From an uncultured Bacteroidales bacterium (GTDB lineage Bacteria; Bacteroidota; Bacteroidia; Bacteroidales; P3), in NCBI GenBank assembly GCA_905234665.1, contig CAJOIV010000008.1, forward strand, positions 1,799-65,798: a stretch of DNA of 64,000 nt, read 5' to 3'. The notes under the pieces are model-generated. The model ran no database searches. It was given only the letters and a program-made list of their open reading frames with translations, and was not told the DNA's origin. The translations under genes were made by a program, and so were the position numbers. Positions 10,001 to 19,804 of this stretch are shown here, piece by piece. Numbering within the stretch: position 1 is the first letter of the stretch; the number at the start of each line of letters is the position of its first letter.

Positions 10001-13000
10001 GTTGGGGGCCACATCGATGCCGGTCGAGCCATAAGGACCGTCGTCCCATGACCAGGTGCTCTCGCTGCATGAGGCTGTCAGGTGTGCCGTGTCGCCCCAG
10101 CAGATGGCGTTGCGGTCGGCCATAATCTGGACGGTGGGTACGGGCAGCACGGTGATGCGGAGGCTGTCGAGCGTCGCGCAGAGGCCGTTGAAGTTATTGC
10201 CCCACACATAGACCACCGTGTCGTGCATTGGACTGATGGTGATGCTGTTCTGGCTCACGTAGTTTATGTCGTGCGGATAGTCGCGCATCCAGGCATAGGC
10301 TGTGCCGCCCGTGACGGTGAGGGTGGTGGAGAACCCTTGGCAGATGGTGTCGGCCGAGGCGGTGAGGTGCACCTGCGGGAAGGGGAACGCCGTGACGGTG
10401 AGGGTGTCATAGTTGCGGCAGAGCTTCTGGTCTCGTCCCCACAGGAGGAACTGCATCGTCGTGTCGACAGCCACGGTACGGACAGTGTCGTCACCAAAGT
10501 TGCCAGGACCGAACCAGCTGTATCGCAATGCTCCCGAGGCGGCGAGGCGTACACTGTCACCCTCGCAGACCATGAGGCGCGAAGACGCGAGGCTTACGTC
10601 GGGTAGCGGGTTGACGATGATGGTCAATGAATCGTAGCCGCTGCACTGGTGGTTGAAGTTCTCGCCATAAAGCACATATACCGACGTGTCGGGTCCCGTG
10701 GGCTGAGGATGGTACAGACAACGCACAGGGCGTGTGGCCTCCGTCTGACCGGGGAATTGGTAGAAATATCCGCCCGTGGCGAAGAATGTCACACTGTCGC
10801 CCGCGCAGACCTCCCATGTGCGGGGGCCGATGGAGTCCACATCCTCGATAGTGAGGTGGATATTAGGACCTGGATATACCACGATGGAAATGGTGGTGTC
10901 TGCCTGGCAGAGGTGGTTGGCGGTCTCGCCAGCCACATGGATGAATGTCTGGCTGCTCACCGACCCGTTGCTGCTGAAGGTATAGGTGTGTGACGTACTG
11001 TCGGTGAAATCCCCATCGTCTGTCCAGCGGTAGCGGTCTGAGCCTGTGGCACTGATAATCAAGCTCCCGCCGTTGCATATCTCCCAGGCCTGCGGGTTGA
11101 GGCGCACGCGGGGGTCGTAGACGGTCACATGGATGCTGTCTTCATTGTAGCAGAGCCTGTTGGGGATGGTGCCTGAGAGGTGCAGTGTGCTGCTGTGGTA
11201 CATGGGCACACGCAAGGTGTCGGGTACCAGATGTGCGGTGTCGTCCAGCCATGCATAGTAGGCGGCTCCCGTGCCCGTGAGTGTCACGGTGTCGCCGTAG
11301 CAGAGTTCTGTGTCCGGGGCGGCGACATGCACGTCGGGGATGGGGAACACCTCGATGAGGAGGGTGGTGTCCGAGCCACAGAAGCGCGGGTTGCGCAGGT
11401 CGGCATGCAGGTGGTAGAGGGTGGTGGTGTCGGGATGCACCACGATGGAGGTGGCTGTGACGAGGCTCCCGCTGTGCTGGAAGTCGTAGAAGGGGGCGTT
11501 GCCGAAGGTCAGGAGCACCGAGTCGCCCTGGCACAGCTTGGTGCGCTCGGCGGTGAGGCTCACGGCGGGATGGCCAAACCAGTGGACAAAGGTGGTGTCG
11601 TAGTTGCGGCAGTGGTAGGTGTCTTCCTCTCCCCAGACGAGGTAGATGCTGTCTGCTGTGGGTACATCCGTGCGGGTGTTCCCGGGTTGATAGGTGCTTC
11701 CCTCAACCCACGAATATCTGTCGGCTCCCGTGGCTGTCAGCACGAGGGTATCGCCGTCGCAGATGTCGCGTTGGTCACCCGTCAGACCCACTGGGGGCAG
11801 GGGGTAGGCGATAATCTGGATGCTGTCGGTCGAGTGGCAGCGCAGGTTGCCCTCGATGCCTGTGACGGTGAACCAGGTGGTGTCTGTCACAAGGGCTGGA
11901 TGGGTGGAGTCTATGGTGGGCACAGGGCTGTCCCAGTGATAGATATACTCTCCTGCTCCCGAGGCAAGGATATTCACCGTGCCGCCCACACAGGTGCCGA
12001 GGGTGTCGGCGGCCAGCTGCAGGTGTGGGTTGGGATAGACATCCACGTGCAGGGTCTCCTCGCCGTGGCAGCCGTGCGAGTCGGTGCCGTAGACCGTGAA
12101 GTCGCTGCTTGTGTCCACGGTGAAGATATAGACGTTGTGGGTGTCAGGGATGGTGCTGCCGTTCCAATAGTAATATTGCATGCCCTGTGCGCTGACGGCC
12201 ACATGGCCGTGCTCGCAGACGATGGTGTCCTCGCAGAAGAGCTGGAAGCGTCCTGTCCACACCTCGATGCTGTGCTGCGTGGTGGCGAAGCAGTTGAACT
12301 GTGTGAGGCAGTCGACGATATAGGTCCTCGAGCTGTCGGGCTGCTCAACCCATTGCGATGTGGTGCTGTAGGTCGGGATGACAGTGTCGGTGGTCTGGTA
12401 GAGGCGGTAGCGTTCTCCACCCGTGGCCGTGAGGGTGATGACGCTGTCGATGCAGAAGGCGCTGTTCGAGACGCTCAGCTGCAGGTTGGGCAGTGGGTGC
12501 ACCTGTATGTTGATGTCTACAGGTGTCTGGCATCCAGGCCCCTCGCTGCGGCCTATCACTCTGTAGCTATGTGTCGTTGGGGTGGTGGGAACATAGCTGA
12601 CGGTGTTGCCGTCGCCCCAGGTCACGCCGTTGTCGAAACTGTACTGTATAGCCCCTGTGGCGGTGAGGTGGACCGTGTCGTTGAGGCATATCTGGTTGGT
12701 GTCGGCCACCCAGGTCATCACGGGATAGCTGTACACACGGATGCGCACGGAATCACGCACTTGGCACAGAGGACTCAGGTTATACCCCTCCACATAGAGG
12801 GTGATGCTGTCGTATAGGATGCGTGTCAGGGTGTCCACCCCTGTGGCGGGCTGGGCGTTGCGCCAGCTGGCGCCGCCGTCCCACGAGTAGTGCTGGGCGC
12901 CGCTGGCGGTGAGGGCCACGGTGCTTCCATGGCAGATGTCGTAGAGGTTGGAGACCAACTGCGTGGTCGGGTAGCCGTAGACGGTTATCTGCGTCGTGTC

Positions 13001-16000
13001 GACACTACGGCAGCCGTATACGTCATTGCCATAGAGGGTGTAGAGATGGCTGCCCACCGTGGGCGGGAACGCCTGCGTGCTTGTCTGTGTGAATGACAGT
13101 GTGTTGTCCCACGAGTAGGTGGCGGCGCCCGCGCCGGTGAGGTGCAAGGTGTCTCCGTCGCAGAGTTCATAGCGGTCGGGGGTGAGCGTCACATTGGGCA
13201 GGGGGCGCACCAGGACCTCCACCGTGTCCGTGATGCGGCACAGGCTGTCGGGTCCCGTCGAGGCGCTGATGACATATTGTTGTGTGCCCACATTGTCGGC
13301 GGCAAAGTTCCAGGTCACCATCTGGCCACTGCCCGTGGTCTGCTGTACGCCTGCGTGTCCATCGCCCCAGTAGCTGTAGCGGATGGGTGGGGTGCTGCTG
13401 GCGGCTGTGGCCTGCAGGGATAGGGTTTGGTGGTGACACAGGGCGGTGTCGTCCATCACCGTAAGGGTGGGACGCTGGAAGACTGTCACGGTGATGCTTC
13501 CGTTGTTCTGACACCGTACATTGCCTTCCGTGATGCCCGTCACGCGGTAGGTGGTGGTGGTCTGGGGGGCGAAATGCTGGGTGGCGTTGCTGTCGTTGGT
13601 CAGGGGGGTGTTGTCGCCCTGGATGTACCAACGGAATCCGCTGGAACCGCCGATGCCAGTGTTGGAAGCTGTAAGTGTGACGGTATCGCCTTGGCAGATG
13701 GCGAAGGCCGAGGGGGTCACCTGTATCTGCGGGAGGGGCAGGACATGGACGGTCACAGTGTCCGTGGCGTCGCATAGGCCGTTGGCGAGGCGACCGTGGA
13801 CAATGAACTGGGTGGTGGAGGTGAGGGTATAGGTGCGGATGGCAGAAGTGCTGAAGGCTTTGCCGTTGACGGAGTATTGTGCTGCGCCGCTGAGGGTGAG
13901 GGTCACCTCGTCGCCCGCGCAGATGGTGTCGGCCGAGGTCACGACATGCACCACGGGATAGCTGAACACCTCGATGCTCCTCTGCACATGGTTGTTGCAT
14001 GCATGACGGCTGTTGCTGCCCCACAGGTGGAGGGTGTCGCGCCCCACAATGGGGAGAGGTATGGTGCTGAGGTAGGCATTAGTGTAGGGACCCATCCACG
14101 AGGTATTGTCCCAGCTGTAGTAGCGCGCCCCTGTGGCAGTACGCAGCAGGCTGTCGCCCACGCAGAACTCCGTCTGCGGCAACTGGAGGTTGACTGTGGG
14201 TACACTATGCACCACGACAGCTTGTGAGGCTGTATTGTGGCATTGGTTGCTGTCGGTGGCAATGACGGTATAGGTCACCGTGGCGCTGTCGACATAGGCA
14301 TTGGTGGGGCGCACATGGGCCGCTCCGCCCGACTGTGCGACGATGTTACTCCCGCTCCATACATAGGATGAAGCCCCCATGGCTGTAAGCACTGCCGTGT
14401 CGCCACTGCAGATGACGGCGGGCGAGGCCGTCGTTGTCAGCACAGGCAGAGGGTAGCGGTCCACCTGCACGGTGTCAGCTACTTGGCAGAGGTAGCCAGG
14501 TCCCCTCGAGGCGTGGATGACGTACACTGCGCTGTCTGCAGGTGTCAGGGTCCATCGGGCTTGCGACCCCAGGCCAAGGGCCGTGCCGCTGCCGCCCTCC
14601 ACGGTGTACCAATAGGTGACTCCGGAGGCTGTGCGGGGCGTGGCGCGGAGCACGAGCTGGTCGCCGGCACACACTCCCGAGTCGGGCATAGCCGTCAGTG
14701 CGGGATAGTTATAGACGTTGATGTTCACCGTGCGACGGGTGCTGCAGGGCGAGTAGCCTGTCGACACACCCTCTACGGTGTATTGTGTCGTGCTTGTCGG
14801 CGTTACGATGAGGGTGTCGCCATGTTCTCCCAAGGGTGTTGTGCTACTGCCCACTGTCCAGTTGTAACTGCTTCCGCCAGTAGCCACGAGGGTGGCGCTC
14901 TGGCCGTTGCAGAGGTTGGTGTCCGAGGCCGTGAGAGTCACCGAGGGCAGCGCCAGCACGCCTATCCGGATGGTGTCGCTGCTGATGCAGATGTGGCTGG
15001 CCGTGCGGCCATAGACGGTATAGGTTGTCCCTGTCCCCGTGGGGGTTACGGTGCGGGTGGCCGAGGTGGTGAAATGTAGCGTGTCGCCCAGCGAGTACTC
15101 GGCAGCCCCGCTCAGGTGCAATGTGGTGCTGTCACCGGCACAGACGCTGTCGGCCTCGGCAGTGATGCTCACCACGGGATAAGCCAGCACGTTGACCTGT
15201 GCTTGTCCGCGGCTGTTGCAGCGTTCCAGGGTGTTGTACCCCCAAGCGTAGAGGGTGTTGAGGCCTACGCTGTCAAGAACGCGGTTGGTTGTTGCCGAAG
15301 TCTGCACTCCCGTCCATGTGGATTGGTCCCACGAGTAGCGGCGGGCTCCCGTGACCGTAAGATGCGCCATGCCACCCACGCAAAGAGGCGTCGGCGTGGC
15401 CGTCAGGGTGACTGTCGGGACACTGTGCACCTGTAGCGTTAGATTCTGCGTGTTGGTGCAACCATGGACATCTGTGCCTTGCAACTGATAGGTTACGTTA
15501 CTTGCAGTGGTGGCGTTGGTATTGGTGTTCGTCACAGTGGTGACAGCGGTGTTGGCTATCGTGGTGGAGCCTCGTTTCCAGGTATATGTTGAGGCCCCTC
15601 CGCCTGTGAGGGTCACCGTCTCGCCCGAACAGGCGGGCGAGGGGTTGGCATTGGTGGTCAATGTGGGCTTGGGCCATACGGTCACATGCACCGTGTCGGT
15701 CACCTCGCAGGTGACATAACTACCTCCTGTGGCGGCATGGATGATGTAGTCTGTGCTGGCCGTGGGTCTGAGGTTGGTCCATTCGCCTGTCGACCGACGC
15801 GAGGTGTTTCCGTTGTGCCAATATTGCACTCCCGAAGCCGAAGAGGGAACCGCCCGCAAGGTAAAAGTAGCCGTGGTGCATATTTCAACATCGGGCGAGG
15901 CCGACAGTGTGGGGTACTTGTACGAGTAGATGGTGACAGTCCTGTTGGTTAGGCAGTGGCGAGGGGCAGGCCCTTGAACATACAGCTGTACCGTGGTTGA

Positions 16001-17938
16001 AGAGGAAGACCCTGTCGTGGTAGCCTGGGTGGGCCAGACGCTGTGTGTATCAGGATCGCCAAAAGGCCCCGACGTCCCCCAGCGGAGGGTACTGGTCGAA
16101 GCATGGGCGGCACGCAGGTGCACGCGCTGGTCGTTGCATGTGTAGGTCGTCAAGTTGCCTGTCGAATTGCGGTTGTGGTCTTCGTCGTAGAGGGTCACTG
16201 TCGGCAAAGCCTCCACGTAGATGTAGTGCCGCCGCGTATTCATCCAAGTCATTCCCAACGTGTCGTGGTAGGCCACAAGGGTGTATATCCTGGTGCCGGT
16301 GATTGTCGGTGTAGTGAAGATAGGACCTGTGGCGACGGGCGAGGTGGAGGTGTTTGTGCCGTAATACCACTGGTATGTGGTGGCACCGCTGCAGGTGAGG
16401 GTGGCCGTGGAACCGTTGCACACGGTATCGTAGTGCGTGGCGGTGTCAATGAATATGGGCGTGGGGCCCACGGCGCAGGGGCTGCAGGTGGTGGTGCCGC
16501 AAGCGTCGGTGACGCAGATATTGTACTGCCTCAGGGGCTCCAGTGGCACGACGATGGACGACTGCCCTCCCGTGCCGGTGGTGTACACCGTGTCGCCCGT
16601 CAGCAGGTTGACCCACGTGTAGGTGTAGGGAGGCACGCCTCCGGTATTGTAGGCTATAATGGTGACGTTGGTTCCCGTCTCGCCGGGCAGGGGCGTGTTC
16701 AGCGACAAGGGTACGACATTGACGATGCCGAAAGTGTCAATCAAATAATTGCAGTCGTGTACCAACTTGTAGTGCAGCCGGAAATGCTCTAAAGCCTCGT
16801 AGATTTCGTCGGCCGTGCCGCACAGGTGGAACACCAGCGAGTCCACCCCTTCGGGGAAGGGTATCAACGATGGCCGTGCAGGCGTGGCAGACACCGCGGG
16901 TGTCAAGGTGTAGTCCCCGTTGCCAGCCCCCAGGTTGGTACGGTAGATACTCAGCGTATCGCCTTCCGGGTGGGAGATCAGTTTCTTCACTATTATGTCG
17001 ATGCAGCAAGTCTCCTTCACTTCGTGCGAGGTGGTCTCCGACGAGTCGCTGGTTCTGATTGAGAGCTCCAGCGACTTGGCCGAGAAACTCTCCGACTCAA
17101 GGAACACGCCGCTGTCCACGCTGGAGTCGTTCACATCGGAAATACTGATGCGGATATGGTACAACTGGCATGGGATAACCCTTATCGAGGCCGTCAGCAC
17201 CGACGTGAATCCGTCGTACTCCAATTGGGCGGTCGGCCACATCGTAGGGTCTCCATAGGGGGCGCCGAAATTGTCGACGAAGTAGGCGGAGTTGCGTATC
17301 TGGTTTACGTTGTGCACGCTGACGGGCATGTCCACCCCGGGTATCTTGGCGATATTGGTGTCCGAATAGGTACCGCCGCCCGGCTTGGGACCTGACACAA
17401 AGAAGGCGAAGATGTCGTTGTACTGCGAGTTGATATACTCCGGGTATTCCTCCGAGGCAAACACATAGCGGAATCCCACGCTGTCGGTCTGGGGGATGAA
17501 GTCGAACTCTAGCACCGAGGTGTTGTACAACCCTACAGATGCTCCCGCCATCGATTGCAATGAGGTGTCGGTATAAGAGCTGCAATGGTAGTTCGAGGTG
17601 ATACGCTCACTTGTGTTGGGGCCTGGCGCACCCGTGATGCTGCCGGTGGTCAGCAGGATGCCCTCGCGCAACCCCATATTGGTGGTGGCGGCATTGCTGT
17701 CGGTGTAGAATGTGCCGATGGCGTCGCAGCCTATGACGCCTGTCGCACCGTTGAACCTCACATTGCTCACCTGCACACCTTGCCCCACCAGGATGTTCTG
17801 CACAAGGTCGGTAGCCGTCCATGCGCGGCCTTGGGTGCAACTCTGCACATGCAGGCTGCTCTGGAACACCTGGCCGTGGCCCACGGCAGGCATGGCCAGG
17901 GCGGCAAGGAGCATCAGGTATCGGAGTGCGCGCCTCAA
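7031..17938 (-). CDS. Giant (3635 aa) cell-surface protein: signal peptide, choice-of-anchor-L-like N-domain, about three dozen Ig-like Cys-containing repeats, T9SS type-B C-terminal sorting domain
   Basis: N-terminal region: ...LEFDFIPQTDSVGFRYVFASEEYPEYINSQYNDIFAFFVSG...YDGFT...SDVNDSSVDSGVFLE. Reiterated unit: C-x-G-[DG]-[ST]-[VA]-x-L-x-A-x-G-[AG]-x-x-Y-x-W. C-terminus: VFTPNEETNNRFYVP...HVEIFNRRGLKVYESDDPDEGWDGR...ATYVYRV, the gliding-motility-associated / type-B CTD pattern. Confidence 0.9.
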   Translation of the reverse strand: MRRALRYLMLLAALAMPAVGHGQVFQSSLHVQSCTQGRAWTATDLVQNILVGQGVQVSNVRFNGATGVIGCDAIGTFYTDSNAATTNMGLREGILLTTGSITGAPGPNTSERITSNYHCSSYTDTSLQSMAGASVGLYNTSVLEFDFIPQTDSVGFRYVFASEEYPEYINSQYNDIFAFFVSGPKPGGGTYSDTNIAKIPGVDMPVSVHNVNQIRNSAYFVDNFGAPYGDPTMWPTAQLEYDGFTSVLTASIRVIPCQLYHIRISISDVNDSSVDSGVFLESESFSAKSLELSIRTSDSSETTSHEVKETCCIDIIVKKLISHPEGDTLSIYRTNLGAGNGDYTLTPAVSATPARPSLIPFPEGVDSLVFHLCGTADEIYEALEHFRLHYKLVHDCNYLIDTFGIVNVVPLSLNTPLPGETGTNVTIIAYNTGGVPPYTYTWVNLLTGDTVYTTGTGGQSSIVVPLEPLRQYNICVTDACGTTTCSPCAVGPTPIFIDTATHYDTVCNGSTATLTCSGATTYQWYYGTNTSTSPVATGPIFTTPTITGTRIYTLVAYHDTLGMTWMNTRRHYIYVEALPTVTLYDEDHNRNSTGNLTTYTCNDQRVHLRAAHASTSTLRWGTSGPFGDPDTHSVWPTQATTTGSSSSTTVQLYVQGPAPRHCLTNRTVTIYSYKYPTLSASPDVEICTTATFTLRAVPSSASGVQYWHNGNTSRRSTGEWTNLRPTASTDYIIHAATGGSYVTCEVTDTVHVTVWPKPTLTTNANPSPACSGETVTLTGGGASTYTWKRGSTTIANTAVTTVTNTNTNATTASNVTYQLQGTDVHGCTNTQNLTLQVHSVPTVTLTATPTPLCVGGMAHLTVTGARRYSWDQSTWTGVQTSATTNRVLDSVGLNTLYAWGYNTLERCNSRGQAQVNVLAYPVVSITAEADSVCAGDSTTLHLSGAAEYSLGDTLHFTTSATRTVTPTGTGTTYTVYGRTASHICISSDTIRIGVLALPSVTLTASDTNLCNGQSATLVATGGSSYNWTVGSSTTPLGEHGDTLIVTPTSTTQYTVEGVSTGYSPCSTRRTVNINVYNYPALTAMPDSGVCAGDQLVLRATPRTASGVTYWYTVEGGSGTALGLGSQARWTLTPADSAVYVIHASRGPGYLCQVADTVQVDRYPLPVLTTTASPAVICSGDTAVLTAMGASSYVWSGSNIVAQSGGAAHVRPTNAYVDSATVTYTVIATDSNQCHNTASQAVVVHSVPTVNLQLPQTEFCVGDSLLRTATGARYYSWDNTSWMGPYTNAYLSTIPLPIVGRDTLHLWGSNSRHACNNHVQRSIEVFSYPVVHVVTSADTICAGDEVTLTLSGAAQYSVNGKAFSTSAIRTYTLTSTTQFIVHGRLANGLCDATDTVTVHVLPLPQIQVTPSAFAICQGDTVTLTASNTGIGGSSGFRWYIQGDNTPLTNDSNATQHFAPQTTTTYRVTGITEGNVRCQNNGSITVTVFQRPTLTVMDDTALCHHQTLSLQATAASSTPPIRYSYWGDGHAGVQQTTGSGQMVTWNFAADNVGTQQYVISASTGPDSLCRITDTVEVLVRPLPNVTLTPDRYELCDGDTLHLTGAGAATYSWDNTLSFTQTSTQAFPPTVGSHLYTLYGNDVYGCRSVDTTQITVYGYPTTQLVSNLYDICHGSTVALTASGAQHYSWDGGASWRNAQPATGVDTLTRILYDSITLYVEGYNLSPLCQVRDSVRIRVYSYPVMTWVADTNQICLNDTVHLTATGAIQYSFDNGVTWGDGNTVSYVPTTPTTHSYRVIGRSEGPGCQTPVDINIQVHPLPNLQLSVSNSAFCIDSVITLTATGGERYRLYQTTDTVIPTYSTTSQWVEQPDSSRTYIVDCLTQFNCFATTQHSIEVWTGRFQLFCEDTIVCEHGHVAVSAQGMQYYYWNGSTIPDTHNVYIFTVDTSSDFTVYGTDSHGCHGEETLHVDVYPNPHLQLAADTLGTCVGGTVNILASGAGEYIYHWDSPVPTIDSTHPALVTDTTWFTVTGIEGNLRCHSTDSIQIIAYPLPPVGLTGDQRDICDGDTLVLTATGADRYSWVEGSTYQPGNTRTDVPTADSIYLVWGEEDTYHCRNYDTTFVHWFGHPAVSLTAERTKLCQGDSVLLTFGNAPFYDFQHSGSLVTATSIVVHPDTTTLYHLHADLRNPRFCGSDTTLLIEVFPIPDVHVAAPDTELCYGDTVTLTGTGAAYYAWLDDTAHLVPDTLRVPMYHSSTLHLSGTIPNRLCYNEDSIHVTVYDPRVRLNPQAWEICNGGSLIISATGSDRYRWTDDGDFTDSTSHTYTFSSNGSVSSQTFIHVAGETANHLCQADTTISIVVYPGPNIHLTIEDVDSIGPRTWEVCAGDSVTFFATGGYFYQFPGQTEATRPVRCLYHPQPTGPDTSVYVLYGENFNHQCSGYDSLTIIVNPLPDVSLASSRLMVCEGDSVRLAASGALRYSWFGPGNFGDDTVRTVAVDTTMQFLLWGRDQKLCRNYDTLTVTAFPFPQVHLTASADTICQGFSTTLTVTGGTAYAWMRDYPHDINYVSQNSITISPMHDTVVYVWGNNFNGLCATLDSLRITVLPVPTVQIMADRNAICWGDTAHLTASCSESTWSWDDGPYGSTGIDVAPNDSTWYHITTRAANGCYAYDSILVEVKPFYNVHLHGDTNVCSGDSLWISATGSNLYAWGSETAFGTEAGRFVTPLHDTLIIVRGTPRDSVCRVADTLPIHVHQRPNLYVDPETTTVCLGDSIILSASGCEQYLWMDETEFGLHNGYHVYRPQQTMTYIVTGSMPGGVCVVTAPIEMIVIDTPIVQFYGPTDICLGDSVRLTASGGERYAWQGGEYTTSGYLHDMPDTLGAFTYHVASRVHSLNCTGRASVTVNVHPVPVLTLSADDSVLCYGESATLFAEGAYQYSWTMGNNYTLSDQRIVTPPQTTTYIVYATDSMMLCADTQDLTIIVNPLPIVTLTPDTTEFCLGGSLSLAASGADAYAWTHSTPAGASFGNVTSQTLTPQSDTVVNVWGIDSNGCINRDSVYITLHTPFQPYQHDGHHVAVHRYPIVTATVNRSQICLGDSVTVRGSGAQHYRWLDYMGSTANPIYDIPKANRVYTVEGSMDYGCPDTATVEVEVFLYPPVSLQAADTLLCDGDTLHLFASGAPRYFWPGATTFGTDSTYNIVPPVGTHTFVLNGATDNLLCAASDTIRITVYPYPDMAIHGATRWCEGSEVTLAVENPADTLWWTSTPADASLAGQEHADTLHLYPAASTLYHLRGKSHICAVEIDHQVEIVPYPDLALHTSADRICTGDTVLLTATGGELYSWLGLPAGTGVYTPQDSILYKPRATGFFPVLATTYDTLCSVVDSIFIFVDTVPIMTITGSDSGCIGRTVTLEAHSDVPVIWNSEPYDPALDTQASMFTIIVSPTDDIRYMITGYSGLCMGSAEHQVTTGIIPRAKGAALPSRVRRGEADIELVNQSISAEGFYWLFPDSSMHYGDHYQYQIPPSWLADTFLIQVVAYRSGCSDTADIPVTLYNDEVWTSNVFTPNEETNNRFYVPTLNKTNFHVEIFNRRGLKVYESDDPDEGWDGRSKGILCPQATYVYRVRTSPKGSKEVNYQYGTVTLIR

Positions 17939-17950
17939 CGTCTTCGGGTC

Positions 17951-19447
17951 TTAGTTTTCAATTGTCCATGTGGCCCCGTCTTTGCCGTCCTTCACGCTGA
18001 TGCCGATGGCTTTCAGTTCGTCGCGCAGGCGGTCGCTGGTGGCCCAGTCCTTGTTGGCCTTGGCGGTGGCGCGGATGTCGAGGATGAGCTTCATCAAGCC
18101 GTCGAGCACTGCCCCCTGGGTGTTGCCGTCGGCGGCCAGCTCGTCGCGGAGACCCATCACGTCGAACAGGAAGGTCTCCATCACGCTGCGCAGCTCGTCA
18201 ATCTGCTCCTGGCTGAGGCTGGTCTTGTGGTCGGCGGCCGAGTTGACCACGCGGGCCAGGTCGAAGAGGTGGCTGATGACGATGGGCGTGTTCAGGTCGT
18301 CGTTCATGGCATCGTAGCACAGCTGGCGGTAGTCCTTGAGGGTCGGGTCGGCTGTCGCGCCGGGGGTCAGTTTTCTGGCGGTCTTCACTGCCTCCATCAG
18401 GCGGTTGTATCCTTTCTCGGCGGCCTGCAGGGCTTCGTTGCTGAAGTCCACCGTGCTGCGGTAGTGCGCCTGCAGGATGAAGAAACGGATGGTCATCGGG
18501 CCGTAGGCCTGTTCCAGCATCTCTTTGCCGTCCTTGTCTTTGTGGCTGCCCTTGAAGAATTCTTCGAGGGTGATGAAGTTGCCCAGGCTCTTGCCCATCT
18601 TCTGCCCGTTGATGGTGATCATGTTGTTGTGCATCCAATAGCGGCAGGGGCCGTGGCCGCATACCGAGGTCTGCTGCGCCAGCTCGCTCTCGTGGTGGGG
18701 GAACATGAGGTCCATGCCGCCCCCGTGGATGTCGAAGGTCTCGCCCAGGTACTTGGTGCCCATGGCGGTGCACTCGGTATGCCAGCCGGGGAAGCCGTCG
18801 CTCCAGGGCGAAGGCCAGCGCATGATATGCTCCGGCGAGGCTTTCTTCCACAGGGCGAAGTCGGCCGTGTCGCGCTTCTCCTCCTGCCCGTCGAGGGCGC
18901 GGGTGGTGGAGAGCATCTCGTCCACCTTGCGGCCACTCAGGCGGCCGTAGGTGTGGAAGTGCTCGTGGTATTTGCGCACGTCGAAGTAGACGCTCCCGTT
19001 GCTCACGTAGGCGAAGCCCGCGTCGAGGATTTTCTTCACCAGCTCTATCTGCTCGATGATGTGACCCGAGGCATGGGGCTCGATGCTGGGGGGCAGCACC
19101 CCGAGGGCTTCCATGGCCAGGTGGTAGCGGTTGGTGTAATACTGTGCCACCTCCATGGGCTCCAATTGCTCCAGACGGGCTTTCTTGGCAATCTTGTCCT
19201 CGCCTTCGTCGGCATCGTGTTCCAGATGGCCCACGTCGGTGATATTGCGCACATAGCGCACTTTATACCCTATGTGGCGCAGGTAGCGGAAGAGGATGTC
19301 GAAGGTGATGGCGGGGCGGGCATGACCCAGATGGGCGTCGCCGTACACCGTGGGGCCGCACACATACATGCCCACATATCCGGGTGTGATGGGCTTGAAA
19401 AGTTCTTTTTGGTGCGACAGTGTGTTGTATATCAGCAGTGGCTGCAT
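17951..19447 (-). CDS. cysS: Cysteine--tRNA ligase
   Basis: [18 protein letters not shown] (HIGH region), KMGKSLGN (KMSKS), length 498 aa. Confidence 0.95.
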   Translation of the reverse strand: MQPLLIYNTLSHQKELFKPITPGYVGMYVCGPTVYGDAHLGHARPAITFDILFRYLRHIGYKVRYVRNITDVGHLEHDADEGEDKIAKKARLEQLEPMEVAQYYTNRYHLAMEALGVLPPSIEPHASGHIIEQIELVKKILDAGFAYVSNGSVYFDVRKYHEHFHTYGRLSGRKVDEMLSTTRALDGQEEKRDTADFALWKKASPEHIMRWPSPWSDGFPGWHTECTAMGTKYLGETFDIHGGGMDLMFPHHESELAQQTSVCGHGPCRYWMHNNMITINGQKMGKSLGNFITLEEFFKGSHKDKDGKEMLEQAYGPMTIRFFILQAHYRSTVDFSNEALQAAEKGYNRLMEAVKTARKLTPGATADPTLKDYRQLCYDAMNDDLNTPIVISHLFDLARVVNSAADHKTSLSQEQIDELRSVMETFLFDVMGLRDELAADGNTQGAVLDGLMKLILDIRATAKANKDWATSDRLRDELKAIGISVKDGKDGATWTIEN

Positions 19448-19530
19448 AGTCTTGTGGTGTGTTTGGTGTTATTGATTGTTAGTTAATTGCATGCTCTCCC
19501 GCGCCCCTGCGGGGGCGGGAGTACACGCTG

Positions 19531-19538
19531 CAAATATA
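19531..19538 (-). promoter_or_regulatory. Candidate Bacteroidota -7 box (TATATTTG on the minus strand) for cysS
   Basis: Matches TAnnTTTG, 84 nt upstream of the cysS ATG. A GC hairpin (19496-19520) lies in the predicted leader. Confidence 0.35.
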
Positions 19539-19743
19539 CACAAAAGTTTTTGTTCCGCGCCTGTACGCGCGAAAATATTTTGTGTGGGGAAGGTCCGTGG
19601 ACGAGTATTTCGTCTGTGGATATCCACGCTTTCTGGCCGTTGCCGCGTGCGGCCCACATAGACGGTGCCCCGTTGCGGAGCCTCCGCACCCTGCAAAACT
19701 AATGCCAACTGAAGAAAAAAATTGCCAGATAAAGAAAAAAACG

Positions 19744-19751
19744 TATATTTG
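19744..19751 (+). promoter_or_regulatory. Candidate -7 box TATATTTG
   Basis: Matches TAnnTTTG, about 54 nt upstream of the ATG at 19805. Confidence 0.35.
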
Positions 19752-19804
19752 TACTTGGAAAGAAAAGCCACAGAATAATATAAATCACTAAATCACATAT
19801 AGAT

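Noticed and set aside
7031-17938. Internal periodicity of the giant gene as a possible CRISPR array or DNA satellite
   Set aside because: The periodicity is at the protein-domain level (about 80 aa) with diverged DNA. There are no short identical direct repeats with unique spacers. The region is one uninterrupted ORF with a signal peptide and a sorting domain.
17585-19486. 633-aa + strand ORF, with similar long ORFs at 975-1709(+), 11180-12817(+), 25369-26466(-), 25608-26669(+), 26596-27966(+), 36714-37370(-), 39535-40728(-), 42145-42987(-), 46386-47819(-), 47770-49539(-), 48051-49550(+), 53912-55081(-) and 62798-63772(-)
   Set aside because: They are antisense or off-frame shadows of confidently recognised GC-rich genes (cysS, aroB, lysC, pth, lpxD, MBOAT, bamA and others). 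Their translations are Gly/Ala/Val/Arg/Pro-rich with no motifs, which is what stop-poor high-GC DNA produces.
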